Of a stretch of 64,000 nt of DNA, positions 44,647-54,494 are shown one piece after another. The notes below the pieces were generated by a model that saw nothing but the letters and a program-made list of their open reading frames with translations, had not been told where the DNA came from and did not search any database. Positions within the stretch are counted from its first letter, which is position 1; every line of letters begins with the position of its first letter. Both the position numbers and the translations under genes were made by a program. Origin of the DNA: Candidatus Eiseniibacteriota bacterium (GTDB lineage: Bacteria > Eisenbacteria > RBG-16-71-46 > CAVPCR01); contig CAVPCR010000001.1 of assembly GCA_963702435.1 (NCBI GenBank), forward strand, positions 896,001 through 960,000, read 5' to 3'.

Positions 44647-45260
44647 TCCTCGGCCGGGAACGACTCCCGGTAGTCCTCGATCGCCGCCACGATCACCGCC
44701 TCCGCCTGCGCCCGCGCGTACGTCGGACCCACGTGCACGCGCGCCTCCTCCCCCTGGAGGAGCTTGTAGGTCATGAAGTAGTGGCGCAGGCGATCGACCA
44801 GTGGATGCGGCACCTGAGCGATGTCTTCGATGTCCGCCCAGAACGGATCACTCTCGAGGACGGCGATGATCTTGTCGTCGGCCTTGCCGCCGTCGAGCAT
44901 CGGGAGCCCGCCCACGACCCGCGCCGGCACCACGATCTCGGCGCGTCCGATCGGCCGCTCGCTCAAAACGCAGATGTCGAGCGGATCGCCGTCGCCGCCG
45001 CTCGCTCCCGCCATCAACCGGCCGACGCGCGCGCCGGAGTAGGTGCGCGGCATGAAGCCGTAGAGCGCCGGCGGTTGCGCCGACGTCCGCTGCGGGCGAT
45101 CGACCCGCAGGTAGCCGCTCTCCTTGTCGAGCTCGTACTTGACGAGATCGAAGGGCGTGATCTCGATGTACGCGTTCACACGGTGCGGCGGTGCCGGACC
45201 GATCGAGAGCCCGTGCCAGGGATGCGGCCGAAAACGCGAGAAGTCCGGTCTGCTGCCCAT
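44643..45260 (-). CDS. ppa: Inorganic pyrophosphatase (family I)
   Basis: [43 protein letters not shown]. Confidence 0.92.
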   Translation of the reverse strand: MGSRPDFSRFRPHPWHGLSIGPAPPHRVNAYIEITPFDLVKYELDKESGYLRVDRPQRTSAQPPALYGFMPRTYSGARVGRLMAGASGGDGDPLDICVLSERPIGRAEIVVPARVVGGLPMLDGGKADDKIIAVLESDPFWADIEDIAQVPHPLVDRLRHYFMTYKLLQGEEARVHVGPTYARAQAEAVIVAAIEDYRESFPAEE

Positions 45261-45300
45261 CCCCTCCCCTGTCATCATCGCCGCTCCTGGACCCCGAGGA

Positions 45301-45400
45301 GCCGCGGCCGAGCCGCTCATCGCGCGCCGCATGGACGACGCCCATGGAGCCCGGGCCGAGCTCGCGCTCGATCTGATCGGGACCGATCTATCGTGGACAT
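45301..45400 (-). pseudogene. Degenerate N-terminal remnant of a Hanks-type Ser/Thr kinase
   Basis: Translates [28 protein letters not shown], resembling subdomain I (IGPY.IERELGxGGMGVVY.ARD..LGR). The rest of the kinase is absent. Confidence 0.6.
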
Positions 45401-45583
45401 GGCCTGGGGGAACCGGGACTCGGGGGATTCTACCATCAGGCCTGCGGCACGGGCGGCGCGAAAACTTGCTGAGGAGAGGCAGCGATTGTGGTACAAAGCA
45501 GCATCGAAGCCGGTTCACGCAGCGGTGGCGCGACATCCGTGCACGGCATGGCAGGCAGAGCAGCTGTTATCGAGGAGGTTCTC

Positions 45584-46114
45584 ATGGCGACCTTCGTTGA
45601 ACGGATGATCGGGGCGGCCAGGCTCAGCGTTCCCACTTACGAGGAGGTCGAGAACGACCCCGGCGCCACCGGGCAGGCTCTCCTGGTCGTCGCGCTCTCG
45701 AGCCTCGCCTCCGGCGTCGCCCTGCGCGGGGAAGGCGGCCAGGGGTTCATCGCCGGCCTGATCGGCGCCCTCGCCGGCTGGGTGATCTGGGCGTTCACGA
45801 CCTACGTCATCGGCACGCGCATCCTGCGCACACCCGAGACGCAGGCGAATCTGGGACAGCTCCTGCGCACGATCGGATTCGCACAGGCGCCCGGGATCCT
45901 GCGCGTGCTCGGCTTCCTGCCGTTCCTCCGCTGGATCGTCCTCTCGGTGACCGGGATCTGGATCATTGCCGCCTTCGTCATCGCCGTGCGGCAGGCCCTC
46001 GACTACAGGAGCACCGGGCGAGCCCTCCTCGTCTGCCTGCTCGGGTTTGTCTTCTACATCGTGGTGTTCGGGATCTTCATGCGACTCCTCGGCGTCGCCA
46101 TGCCGGGCATGTAG
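45584..46114 (+). CDS. Yip1 family membrane protein
   Basis: YEEVEND..TGQALLVV..LLRTIGFAQAPG..IAVRQALDY; GGAGG RBS. Confidence 0.85.
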   Translation: MATFVERMIGAARLSVPTYEEVENDPGATGQALLVVALSSLASGVALRGEGGQGFIAGLIGALAGWVIWAFTTYVIGTRILRTPETQANLGQLLRTIGFAQAPGILRVLGFLPFLRWIVLSVTGIWIIAAFVIAVRQALDYRSTGRALLVCLLGFVFYIVVFGIFMRLLGVAMPGM

Positions 46115-46132
46115 TCGGGCGGAGTTCGCGCC

Positions 46133-46645
46133 TCAGCGCAGGCCGCGCAGTAGCTTCGCCGTCGTCACGAGCTGCCCGACGTGCCGCTGCGCATGCTCTG
46201 CGGCGTGGAAGAGAAGGCCGATCACGTTGGTGGGGAGCGCCGCCCGTCCCACGGCGCGCGCCTCGAGGAGCTTCTCGCGCGGCGTCGCGCGGAGTTGCGC
46301 GAGAGCGTCGGTGATCGCCCGGTCGAGCGAGTCGAGCAGCGCAGCCGCCGTCGGCGGCGCCGATCCGGGAACCGCTTCCGCCTTGGCCGCCGCGAACTGC
46401 TCCGGCGTGAGCGCCACCCCGCGCGCGTAGGTCAGGAGCCGCTCGGTGGCGCCCGCCATGTGCCGCAGGTGGAAGCCGATCGAGGCCGCCTCCCCCGGCG
46501 GCGTCGCCCACAGCTCGGCGACCGTCAGATCGGCGGCCGCGCGCGCCGCATCCTCGCCGGCCTGGATGAAGGCGTGGGCCGCCGGCACCAGCAGGGGATC
46601 AACGCCGGGAACGGGACCGCGAAGCCAGGCATCGGGTTCGGCCAT
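46133..46645 (-). CDS. DinB family protein
   Basis: WLRGPV..SIGFHLRH..GLLFHAAEHAQRHVGQ. Confidence 0.88.
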   Translation of the reverse strand: MAEPDAWLRGPVPGVDPLLVPAAHAFIQAGEDAARAAADLTVAELWATPPGEAASIGFHLRHMAGATERLLTYARGVALTPEQFAAAKAEAVPGSAPPTAAALLDSLDRAITDALAQLRATPREKLLEARAVGRAALPTNVIGLLFHAAEHAQRHVGQLVTTAKLLRGLR

Positions 46646-46693
46646 GGGGCACCTCCTTGTCGCGTTGCTCCTTGTCGTGTTGCCTGCGGCGAT

Positions 46694-47137
46694 TCAAATA
46701 CTGCGGTCGTCCGCCACATATCGCGGCCGACTCGGGGGCGGCGCCTCGCGATAGGCTGCGCGCTCGAAGACGTTGTCGTGGTAGAAGTGCCCGCCGCGCG
46801 CCGCGGCGGCGATCGACGCCACCACGTACGCGGGAATGAAGAACGGCCCCCAGCGCTCGTACTGGCGGACGTGCACGCGCTCGTGCCGGCGGCTCCACTC
46901 GAGACACTCCTCGTCCTGGGCGAGGACGACGTGTCCAAGCGTCATCGCCGCCGCGCCGCGCGCGATGGGGACGCCGCGGGCGAGGACGCGCGCGACGATG
47001 CCGCCGTGGGCCTCGATCACACCTCCGCGCCGGCACACGCGGCCGCCGCTCGCCGCGGCGAGGGCGACGGCGGCCAGGCCGAGGAGGGTGGCGGGTAAAG
47101 CCCAGAGACGGGCGAGGAGAGCGAGCGATCGGTTCAT
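46694..47137 (-). CDS. Small zincin-like hypothetical protein (HExxH)
   Basis: AMTLGHVV..HERVHVRQYERWG..DNVFE..AY. Confidence 0.7.
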   Translation of the reverse strand: MNRSLALLARLWALPATLLGLAAVALAAASGGRVCRRGGVIEAHGGIVARVLARGVPIARGAAAMTLGHVVLAQDEECLEWSRRHERVHVRQYERWGPFFIPAYVVASIAAAARGGHFYHDNVFERAAYREAPPPSRPRYVADDRSI

Positions 47138-47337
47138 GGGCGGGCTCGATGATGGGCCATGCGCGATGCCGGTTCAAGGAGCGGCCGGCGGGGCGAGGCA
47201 CGAGGCCGGCTCGATGCCCCCCGGCCTTGACGGCCTTGACGGAACCGCCCCTGCCCTGCCATCATTATGGGAGATATGGGCGTCCGCTAGTGGGCGACCG
47301 GCCGTTGCCACCTGCCATCCCCAATCGGAGCAAGGCC

Positions 47338-49032
47338 TTGTCTTCTTTTGCCCGCGGCGCCTTCGTCGGTCGTTTCCTTGCCGTCCTCACCCTCGCCTCC
47401 GCCCTCCTCGCCTCCTCCTGGGTCACTCCGAGCGAACTCCGCGCCGGCGACCCGACCGAGGACCGCGGCGACAAGCTCGCGAGCGCGCCGAACGAGGCGC
47501 TCCCGATCCTCGGCACGGAGCGCGCGCCGAACGGGGGCGACTCCGCCCTCGACATCGTGCCCGAGTACCTGAGTCTGGCCGGCGCCTTCTCGACCGACAG
47601 CCTCATGGCCACGATGACGCTCCTCACGAGCTACCCGACCCGCTACACCTCCAACGCCAACTACGCGGCCGCCGCCGCGCGCATGCGCGATCGCTTCACC
47701 GCGCTCGGCCTCGACCAGGTCTATCTCCACAACTTCACCTGCTGCGGCGGGACGCGCCAGAACGTGGTCGCGATCAAGCTCGGCACGGTGCGGCCGGACG
47801 AGATCGTGATCGTCGGGGCCCACCTCGACTGCACGTCGCAGACGCCGAACACGAACGCGCCGGGCGCCGAGGACAACGCGAGCGGCTCGGCGGCGGTGTT
47901 CGAGACGGCGCGACTCCTGGCCAACGTTCCCACCGAGCGCACCATCCACTTCGTCCTCTTCGGCGGCGAGGAGCAGGGGCTCTACGGCAGCGAGGCCTAC
48001 GCGACCAAGGCCGACACCGAGAACTGGAACATCGCCGGCGTCATCACCATGGACATGGTGGGCTACTACGGCGCGGGCGGCGCGGACCTCTGGCTCGAGG
48101 GCTTCACGACCGGCACGAACTCGATGTGGCTCGTGAACCTGGTGAGCGAGCACGCGCAGACCTACAGCGGCCTGAGCGTGTACATCTATCCGGGGAACGG
48201 CTGGGGCAGCGATCACGAACCGTTCCACGATCACGGCTTCCCGGCGATGCTCTCGATCGAGAACGAGTGGGACACTTACCCCTGCTACCACCGCTCGTGC
48301 GACACCATCGCCTACATCACGCCGAGCTTCCTCCGGCGGATCGCCGTCGCCAACGGCACCGCCGCGCTCGATCTCGCGGTTTCGGCCTTCTCGCCGGCGA
48401 CGGTCAGCGGGCGCGTCGATCTCGCCGGCCTGGGCGACGATTCGGGCGCCACGGTCACGATCCTCGGGACGTCGTATACCGCGGCCGTGTCCAGCACCGA
48501 TGGCAGCTACTCGCTCCCGAACGTGCTCCCCGGCACGTACACGCTCCGCGCCGCGAAGCAGGGCTACCTGCCGGTGACCATGACCGGCGTCGTCCTCTCC
48601 TCCGGCGAGAGCGCGGCGATCGACTTCCTGCTCCTGCCCGAGCAGTCGGGCATCCCCGATGACGCAGCTCCCGTCGCCCCGTCCGCTCTCGTCGCGCTCG
48701 GTCCGGCGACGCCGAGTCCCTTCGCGTCGTCGACCGACATCGCCTTCGCGCTCCGCGCCTCCGGGCGCGTGTGGCTCCGCGTGTACGACGCGCACGGGCG
48801 CGTCGTGCGCGAGCTCGTGTCAGGCGAGGAGCGGGCCCAGGGCCGCCATCGCGCGCGCTGGGACGGGCGCGATGCGGAAGGCCGCGCGGCGCCCTCCGGC
48901 GTGTACTGGGCGGAGATCCGCGCCGAGGGCGGCGCCCCGAGCGTTCTGGCCGGTGCGGGCGGCGGCGCCGGCGGCGCGAGCGGGCTCGTCGAGCGTGGCA
49001 CGGCGCGGCTGCCGCTCGTCCGGCTCAGGTAG
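47338..49032 (+). CDS. Secreted M28 family peptidase with carboxypeptidase-regulatory-like domain and CTD
   Basis: GAHLD, PGAEDNASG, GGEEQGLYGS, MDMVG, SDH, YH..CDT; CTD PSPF..YDAHGR..WDGRD..SGVY. TTG 47338 follows GGAG (start uncertain). Confidence 0.9.
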   Translation: MSSFARGAFVGRFLAVLTLASALLASSWVTPSELRAGDPTEDRGDKLASAPNEALPILGTERAPNGGDSALDIVPEYLSLAGAFSTDSLMATMTLLTSYPTRYTSNANYAAAAARMRDRFTALGLDQVYLHNFTCCGGTRQNVVAIKLGTVRPDEIVIVGAHLDCTSQTPNTNAPGAEDNASGSAAVFETARLLANVPTERTIHFVLFGGEEQGLYGSEAYATKADTENWNIAGVITMDMVGYYGAGGADLWLEGFTTGTNSMWLVNLVSEHAQTYSGLSVYIYPGNGWGSDHEPFHDHGFPAMLSIENEWDTYPCYHRSCDTIAYITPSFLRRIAVANGTAALDLAVSAFSPATVSGRVDLAGLGDDSGATVTILGTSYTAAVSSTDGSYSLPNVLPGTYTLRAAKQGYLPVTMTGVVLSSGESAAIDFLLLPEQSGIPDDAAPVAPSALVALGPATPSPFASSTDIAFALRASGRVWLRVYDAHGRVVRELVSGEERAQGRHRARWDGRDAEGRAAPSGVYWAEIRAEGGAPSVLAGAGGGAGGASGLVERGTARLPLVRLR

Positions 49033-49098
49033 ACGCCTGGGCGACAGGGCGCGCAGACGAAGGGAACCCGTCCCTTTTCGTCGAGCCTGCCTGCTTTC

Positions 49099-49127
49099 TT
49101 GACGCCCGACCTCTCACCTGGTAACCT
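49099..49127 (+). promoter_or_regulatory. Putative sigma70 promoter for the GT-C gene
   Basis: TTGACG-N17-TAACCT, just downstream of a hairpin (~49057-49082) that follows the M28 stop. Confidence 0.5.
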
Positions 49128-49273
49128 GCCGACCTCAATTGGCAGGCACGAAGCTCGCTTGGCCCCGCTGACCCGGCCTCGGCGCTTCATGGACTGAAGC
49201 AGCCCGCCCCCCCGCGGGCACCCATCTCCCCCACGCTCCCCGCCACGGAGAGCGTTGGAGGTCGCCCCCTTTC

Positions 49274-51385
49274 ATGGATGATCGCGTTCGCGTCCGCACT
49301 GCATCCCTGGCTCGCATCCTGGTGGCGGCGTTGGTGGCCGGCGGGCTCTTCGCGCTGACGCGCCATCTGAGCCAGTTCACCGCGGCGGTCGGCGTCTACC
49401 GCTTCGAGTACGCGGCCGTGCTCGTCCTCCTCATGCTGAACGCAGCGCTCGCCTGGTGGACCCTGGTCCGCGACCCGCACCACACGACCGTCGGCGCCCC
49501 ATCCACCGGACGACTCCTCACGATCACCGCGATCGCCGTCTCGATCCTCTTCGTCATGGACCTGACGGCCGGCATCACCTCGACGCCGATCGTGCACTGG
49601 ATCCTCCTCGGCCTCACCGCGGGCCTCCTCGCGCAGACCGAGGAGCACTGGCATCGCCCGCTGGCCCGCTGGCTCACGCGAGCCGCGCCGCTCGTCGCCC
49701 TCGCGGTGCTCGCGGCCATGGTGCTCCGCGCCCACGGCATCGCGTTCGGCCTCCCCTATCCCTACGAGACCGACGAGCACGTGTTCGTCAACATCGCCGG
49801 GCGTATCGCGATCGACGGCGATCCCAATCCGAGCTGGTTCGGCCATCCCGGAACGACGACCATCTACGCGCTCTCCGGGCTCTACCTGCTGCTGTATAAG
49901 GTCGGCACGAGTCTCGGCCTGTGGTCCGGGGCGGCGGGAAGTTTCGAGACCTTCTTCCTCAACAACACGACGGTCACCTACCTGAGCGGGCGTCTCCTCA
50001 TGCTCGCGCTGGCTCTCGTCACGATCGGACTCGCCTACCGCACGCTCGATCGCATCTTCGGGCGGCCGACGGCCCTCCTCGCCACCGCGCTCCTCGCGCT
50101 GAGCCCGCTCCACACCTCACTGTCCCGCATCATCCGCACCGACATCATGTCCGGGCTCATCATCCTGGCGGTCTTCTGGCTGTGCCTCGATCTGCTCGAG
50201 AAGCCGCGCTGGCGCACCTACATCGTCGCCGGGCTCCTGACCGGCGTCGGGATCGCCACCAAGTACCCGACCGCGATCGCCGGCCTCGTCGTCCTCATCG
50301 CGCATCTGGCCAGTCATCGCCATCGCCCGCGCTCCGGCCTGCTCAAGCCGGTCGCGTTCGGCGGGCTCGCGGTGCTCGGCGCGTTTCTCGCATCACCGTT
50401 CCTCTTCCTCGACTCGCACACGGCCCTCGCCGACCTCCGCGGCGAATCGACTCCCGAGTCGACCATGCTGCTCTTCGACACGGGGCGCGGGTGGCTGGCC
50501 GATGTCCTCTGGTACCTCGACCTGCCGCTTGCCGAAGCGCTGTCGCGCGCGGGAGCCGTGCTGGCAGCGATCGGCTTCGTGCTGTGCCTGAGATCACGCG
50601 ACCGGCGGAAGGTGCTCGTCGCTCTCTTCGTCCCGCTCTACATCGGCCTCATCGCCGCCGTCGGGCTCCGCTGGTCGCGCTGGATCGTCCCCACCATCCC
50701 CTTCCTCTGCGGCCTCGCCGCCTATGCGGTCGCGCGCGGGGCGGCGGCGGCGGAGCGGCGCTTCGGCGCGCGCACGGCCCATCTCGCGGCCGCCATCCTG
50801 GTGCTCGGCGTCCTCTGGCCGCTCCTCAAGACGAACCTGGACGAGGGAGCGGATCTCAGCCGCCCGGACACGCGCACCCTGGCTGCCGACTGGGTGACAG
50901 CGCACGTTCCACCGCAGAGCAACGTGCTCATCGAGGCCAAGACACCGTTCCTGAGGCAGGGTCTCTACAATCTGTTCCTGGTGACGCGCGCCGGCGACCT
51001 GATCCCCGCGCCCGCCGACACGTTCGACACGATCGCCGGGCCCTACCGGCGGAACAATCATCTCGAGCACGTCTTCTACCGGCCCTTCGGCCACCTCGGT
51101 CTCATCGCGGATATCGACGCTGCGGAGCGCCAGAAGATCGAGTACATGATCGTGGGCAGCGCCTACGACCGCTACGCGGCGCGGGCCGGGGCCGACCCGC
51201 AGTGCGCGGCGATCGTCGCGAAGTACGATTCGCTGATGGCGCGCGGGATCGAGCTCGCCGCGTTCGAGCGAGCGCCGGGCAAGACGCGCGGGCCGCGCGT
51301 GCGCGTGTTCCAGCTGGCGGGCAGGACCGACGAGCAACCCCACCCGACCGGGCTGGCCGCGCTCCCGGCGCCTGTGCTGCAGTGA
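49274..51385 (+). CDS. GT-C fold glycosyltransferase (family 39/PMT-like)
   Basis: FGLPYPYETDE..NPSWFGHP..GRLL..ALSPLH..RTD..ATKYP; multiple TM segments. Confidence 0.85.
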   Translation: MDDRVRVRTASLARILVAALVAGGLFALTRHLSQFTAAVGVYRFEYAAVLVLLMLNAALAWWTLVRDPHHTTVGAPSTGRLLTITAIAVSILFVMDLTAGITSTPIVHWILLGLTAGLLAQTEEHWHRPLARWLTRAAPLVALAVLAAMVLRAHGIAFGLPYPYETDEHVFVNIAGRIAIDGDPNPSWFGHPGTTTIYALSGLYLLLYKVGTSLGLWSGAAGSFETFFLNNTTVTYLSGRLLMLALALVTIGLAYRTLDRIFGRPTALLATALLALSPLHTSLSRIIRTDIMSGLIILAVFWLCLDLLEKPRWRTYIVAGLLTGVGIATKYPTAIAGLVVLIAHLASHRHRPRSGLLKPVAFGGLAVLGAFLASPFLFLDSHTALADLRGESTPESTMLLFDTGRGWLADVLWYLDLPLAEALSRAGAVLAAIGFVLCLRSRDRRKVLVALFVPLYIGLIAAVGLRWSRWIVPTIPFLCGLAAYAVARGAAAAERRFGARTAHLAAAILVLGVLWPLLKTNLDEGADLSRPDTRTLAADWVTAHVPPQSNVLIEAKTPFLRQGLYNLFLVTRAGDLIPAPADTFDTIAGPYRRNNHLEHVFYRPFGHLGLIADIDAAERQKIEYMIVGSAYDRYAARAGADPQCAAIVAKYDSLMARGIELAAFERAPGKTRGPRVRVFQLAGRTDEQPHPTGLAALPAPVLQ

Positions 51386-51687
51386 ACCGGCGCCGACTTG
51401 TGGGTGCCCTTCCACGTGCGTTCGGCGCGGTCGCCCTACCTTCCCCCTGGGGCCTCATCCGCCGGTGAACCAGCTTCGAGCCACGCGCGCACCTGTCTCT
51501 TGATGCGCTCGGCGGCTGCCCGCGGCACGGCGGCCCGGCGGAGCTGCGCATGCTGCGATGCCGATCGCGCGGTCGCGTCGTACCAGCGCTGATTCTCGGT
51601 CGGCCCGATGTCCTTGAGCCACTCCGGGCGTGAGATCCCCAGCGGTGCGTGATCAGGCTCCGGGAGCTCGGCTGCTCCCGCCGCTCA

Positions 51688-52665
51688 TCACCGGATTGTC
51701 GGCTGCCACACCGGAGAGTGGCAACGGTCCTTCGTGAAGATCTTGGTCTTCTTCAAGCCGTCGATCGAGACCATCATGAGCTCATCGTCGCTGCCGATGA
51801 GCGCGACCGCCGATCCGTCGGGTGACACGGCCGGATAGGCCTGACGGGGCCCCACGCGGCCCGTCCACTCCTGAAGGACGATCGACCTGCCACCGCTCGG
51901 ATCGACGGAAACGAGCTCGATCAGTCCGGGGAAGAGGTCGGTGGCGGGATCCCCGGTCGGCAGAGTGGGAGCCGGCGGCAGCGGGCCGCTCAAGTAGAGG
52001 AGCCGCTGGCCAGATGGCAACCATGTGATCCAGCGGATCGGCTCGGAGGCCTCGTGGATCTCGCGCTTCTCGCGTCCGGGGCCGACGAGGACGAGACCCT
52101 TGCCGACGCCGAAGGCGAGCACCGAGTCCGCCGGCGCGGGCACGGGTCCCACCGCTTCCTTCTTGCCGAGAAGCTCCTGCCACTCGGGAGCCAGCGCCTG
52201 GTCCCTGGGGGCGGGCGCCACGAGGACGACGTTCGCCGAGTCGCTCGTGCTCGCGACACGATACGTGCCCTCCTTGCCGTGAACGAGGAGGCTGTCGCCG
52301 TCCTGGCTCCAGACCGGGGCCTCGAGCGCGAGCGCATCCGCGGTGATGCGCGGTTCGAACTTGCCGAGGGGCTTCGCCGTGCGGCCGGCCACGTCGGCCA
52401 CCATGAGCTCGACCGGACCCCGCCGCTTCACGGTGAAGAAGGCGAGCCGCGAGCCGTCCGGAGACCACACCGGAGCCCAGATGGCGTCCTCGGTCTTGAC
52501 GATCCGAGTCGGGTTCTGACCCGCCGGTCCGACGGTCCAGATCTCATCGTTCCCGCACACGAAGGCGATGCGGGGCTGGCCGGCCGCCGGTGCCTCTTCT
52601 TCGGCGGCGGCCGGCTGCCACGACCATGCCGTCAGGACGAGCGCAATGATGGCGATGGCCTTCAT
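51688..52665 (-). CDS. Secreted TolB-like/PD40 beta-propeller protein
   Basis: Signal peptide MKAIAIIALV; PVWSPDGSRLAF, PVWSQDG, PAVSPDG and SPVWQP repeats. Confidence 0.85.
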   Translation of the reverse strand: MKAIAIIALVLTAWSWQPAAAEEEAPAAGQPRIAFVCGNDEIWTVGPAGQNPTRIVKTEDAIWAPVWSPDGSRLAFFTVKRRGPVELMVADVAGRTAKPLGKFEPRITADALALEAPVWSQDGDSLLVHGKEGTYRVASTSDSANVVLVAPAPRDQALAPEWQELLGKKEAVGPVPAPADSVLAFGVGKGLVLVGPGREKREIHEASEPIRWITWLPSGQRLLYLSGPLPPAPTLPTGDPATDLFPGLIELVSVDPSGGRSIVLQEWTGRVGPRQAYPAVSPDGSAVALIGSDDELMMVSIDGLKKTKIFTKDRCHSPVWQPTIR

Positions 52666-52742
52666 CCCGCGCGTGGACCCGAGACCGGCTCGACCATCGT
52701 GACCACGGTTTCCGGCGGCAGTGCTGCACCAGGCTGTGAGCG

Positions 52743-53720
52743 TCATGTCCCCTCCCTGAACCACTCGAGCGTCCGCGCAATCGCCGCGCGGTGCGGCGTC
52801 ACCTCGGCGCCGAAGGCGCGTTCGAACTTGGTGTGATCGACAACGAACGGAGATGTGAACTGGTACGCCGTCTCCTTGAGCTCGCGCATGATGGGGCTCA
52901 CGAGACCGAGCGCGCCGACGAGCCAGGCCGGCGCCGCGCGGAGTGCGAGCGTCCGCCCGAGCGCCTCCCCCACCATCGTCACGAGCTCGCGCGTAGTCAC
53001 GGTCGGCGCGCTCGGCACGTGCCACACCTCGCCGAGCGCGCGCTCCTCGGCGCCGAGCGTGACGAGGGCGCGCGCGAAATCTTCGATGTACGTGTAGGTG
53101 TGGGGCATGTCGGGATTGCCCAGCACCGAGACCGGCTTTCCGGCGAGCGCCGCCGCGAAGACGCGCTCGCCGAAGGCCGCCGTTCGCACCCACGGCCCGT
53201 AGAAGTCGGAGGCGCGGCCGATCGTCGCGCGCACGCGACCGGCGCGATGCGCATCGAGGACCGCGGCCGCAATCCGCGCGCGCGTCGCTCCCTTGCGCCC
53301 GCCCGCCGCGCTCGGCAGCGTCTCGCGCAGCGCGCCCGCTGCCGCACCCGCCGGCCCGTACATGTAGAGATTGTCGCCGCAGACGAGACGCGCCCCGGCG
53401 GCCACCGCGCCCTCGAGCACACCGTTCCAGAGGGCTGGAAGCCGGGCCGGCCAGTCGGTGTAGGGCGCATTGATGCAATTGTAGACGACGCTCGCCGCCG
53501 CGCACGCGCGGCGCGCGGCGGCGAGCTCGGTCATGTCGGCGGCCACCGCCTCCACGTCCGCCGGCACGGAGGCGCGCCCGCTGCGGTTCACCATCCGCAC
53601 GCGCGAGCCGCGGGCAACGAGCTCGCGCATGACGGCGAGGCCCAGCGGCCCGCTGCCGGCGATCACATGGAGGTCGCCGTCCTCCCGCCTGTCCCCGGTC
53701 CCCGCAGATGGCACGGCCAC
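52743..53720 (-). CDS. NAD-dependent epimerase/dehydratase family protein
   Basis: HVIAGSGPLG..VNRSG..DNLYMYG..GRASDFYGP. Confidence 0.88.
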   Translation of the reverse strand: MAVPSAGTGDRREDGDLHVIAGSGPLGLAVMRELVARGSRVRMVNRSGRASVPADVEAVAADMTELAAARRACAAASVVYNCINAPYTDWPARLPALWNGVLEGAVAAGARLVCGDNLYMYGPAGAAAGALRETLPSAAGGRKGATRARIAAAVLDAHRAGRVRATIGRASDFYGPWVRTAAFGERVFAAALAGKPVSVLGNPDMPHTYTYIEDFARALVTLGAEERALGEVWHVPSAPTVTTRELVTMVGEALGRTLALRAAPAWLVGALGLVSPIMRELKETAYQFTSPFVVDHTKFERAFGAEVTPHRAAIARTLEWFREGT

Positions 53721-53733
53721 CTCCCCGGATACG

Positions 53734-54300
53734 CTAGGCGCCGGCCGCCGCCTTCAGCTTGCCGGCGACGCTCCGCACCTTGAACGCCAGCATGATCTGG
53801 ATCAAGCCGAGGATGAGCGCGAAGAGCGCGATGAGCCACACCATCCCGAGCGCGCCGGCGCCCGGCCGCGCCGCGAGCCAGAGCCCGAAGAGCACCGAGA
53901 CGATGCCGCCGAGGATGAGCATCCACTCCCCCTCGATCTCCTTGCGCAGCCTGATCGCGGCGATGATCTCGAAGAGCCCGCTCAGGATCGCCCAGGCGGC
54001 GATGAAGAAGACGACGGCGATCGCCGTGAGTCCCGGCGACCGCAGCATGATGAGCCCGATCAGGAACCCGGCCAGCCCCTCGAGCAGGACCACCCACCAC
54101 TGCGAGCTCTCCTTGCGTGCGGAGTAGGCGTGCCACATGGCGAAGGCGCCGCTCACGAGCACGTAGGCGCCGAAGAGCGAGATGAGAACGGCGAGCGTGA
54201 TCCCGGGTCGCGAGAACGCGACGATCGCGAACAGGACGGCGAGAATGCCGCGGATCAGGAGCATCCACCAGCCACGGGACAGCAACCTGGCCAACATCAC
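53734..54300 (-). CDS. HdeD/DUF308 family membrane protein
   Basis: WWMLLIRGILAVLF..AAWAILSGLFEIIAAIRLRKEIEGEW. Confidence 0.9.
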   Translation of the reverse strand: MMLARLLSRGWWMLLIRGILAVLFAIVAFSRPGITLAVLISLFGAYVLVSGAFAMWHAYSARKESSQWWVVLLEGLAGFLIGLIMLRSPGLTAIAVVFFIAAWAILSGLFEIIAAIRLRKEIEGEWMLILGGIVSVLFGLWLAARPGAGALGMVWLIALFALILGLIQIMLAFKVRSVAGKLKAAAGA

Positions 54301-54494
54301 GACCTCCTTGTCTGGCGACCACCGGACGGGCGCTGCTTTCCGTCGCTCGTTCGAAGAGACTCTGCACCAGGCGGGTTTTTGCAGGCGGAATCGTGCACCG
54401 GCGCCGGGGCCGCGTCAAGGCGGGGCTGGATCAAGGCGGGCCAGGCGCGGAGCGGGTCCCGCACCGTGCCGCGAAATGCCGTCCCTGGGCGCAG

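Noticed and set aside
49140..49160. Sigma54 -24/-12 promoter (GGCACG-N4-TCGC)
   Set aside because: Imperfect match in GC-rich DNA, and a better sigma70-like promoter lies just upstream.
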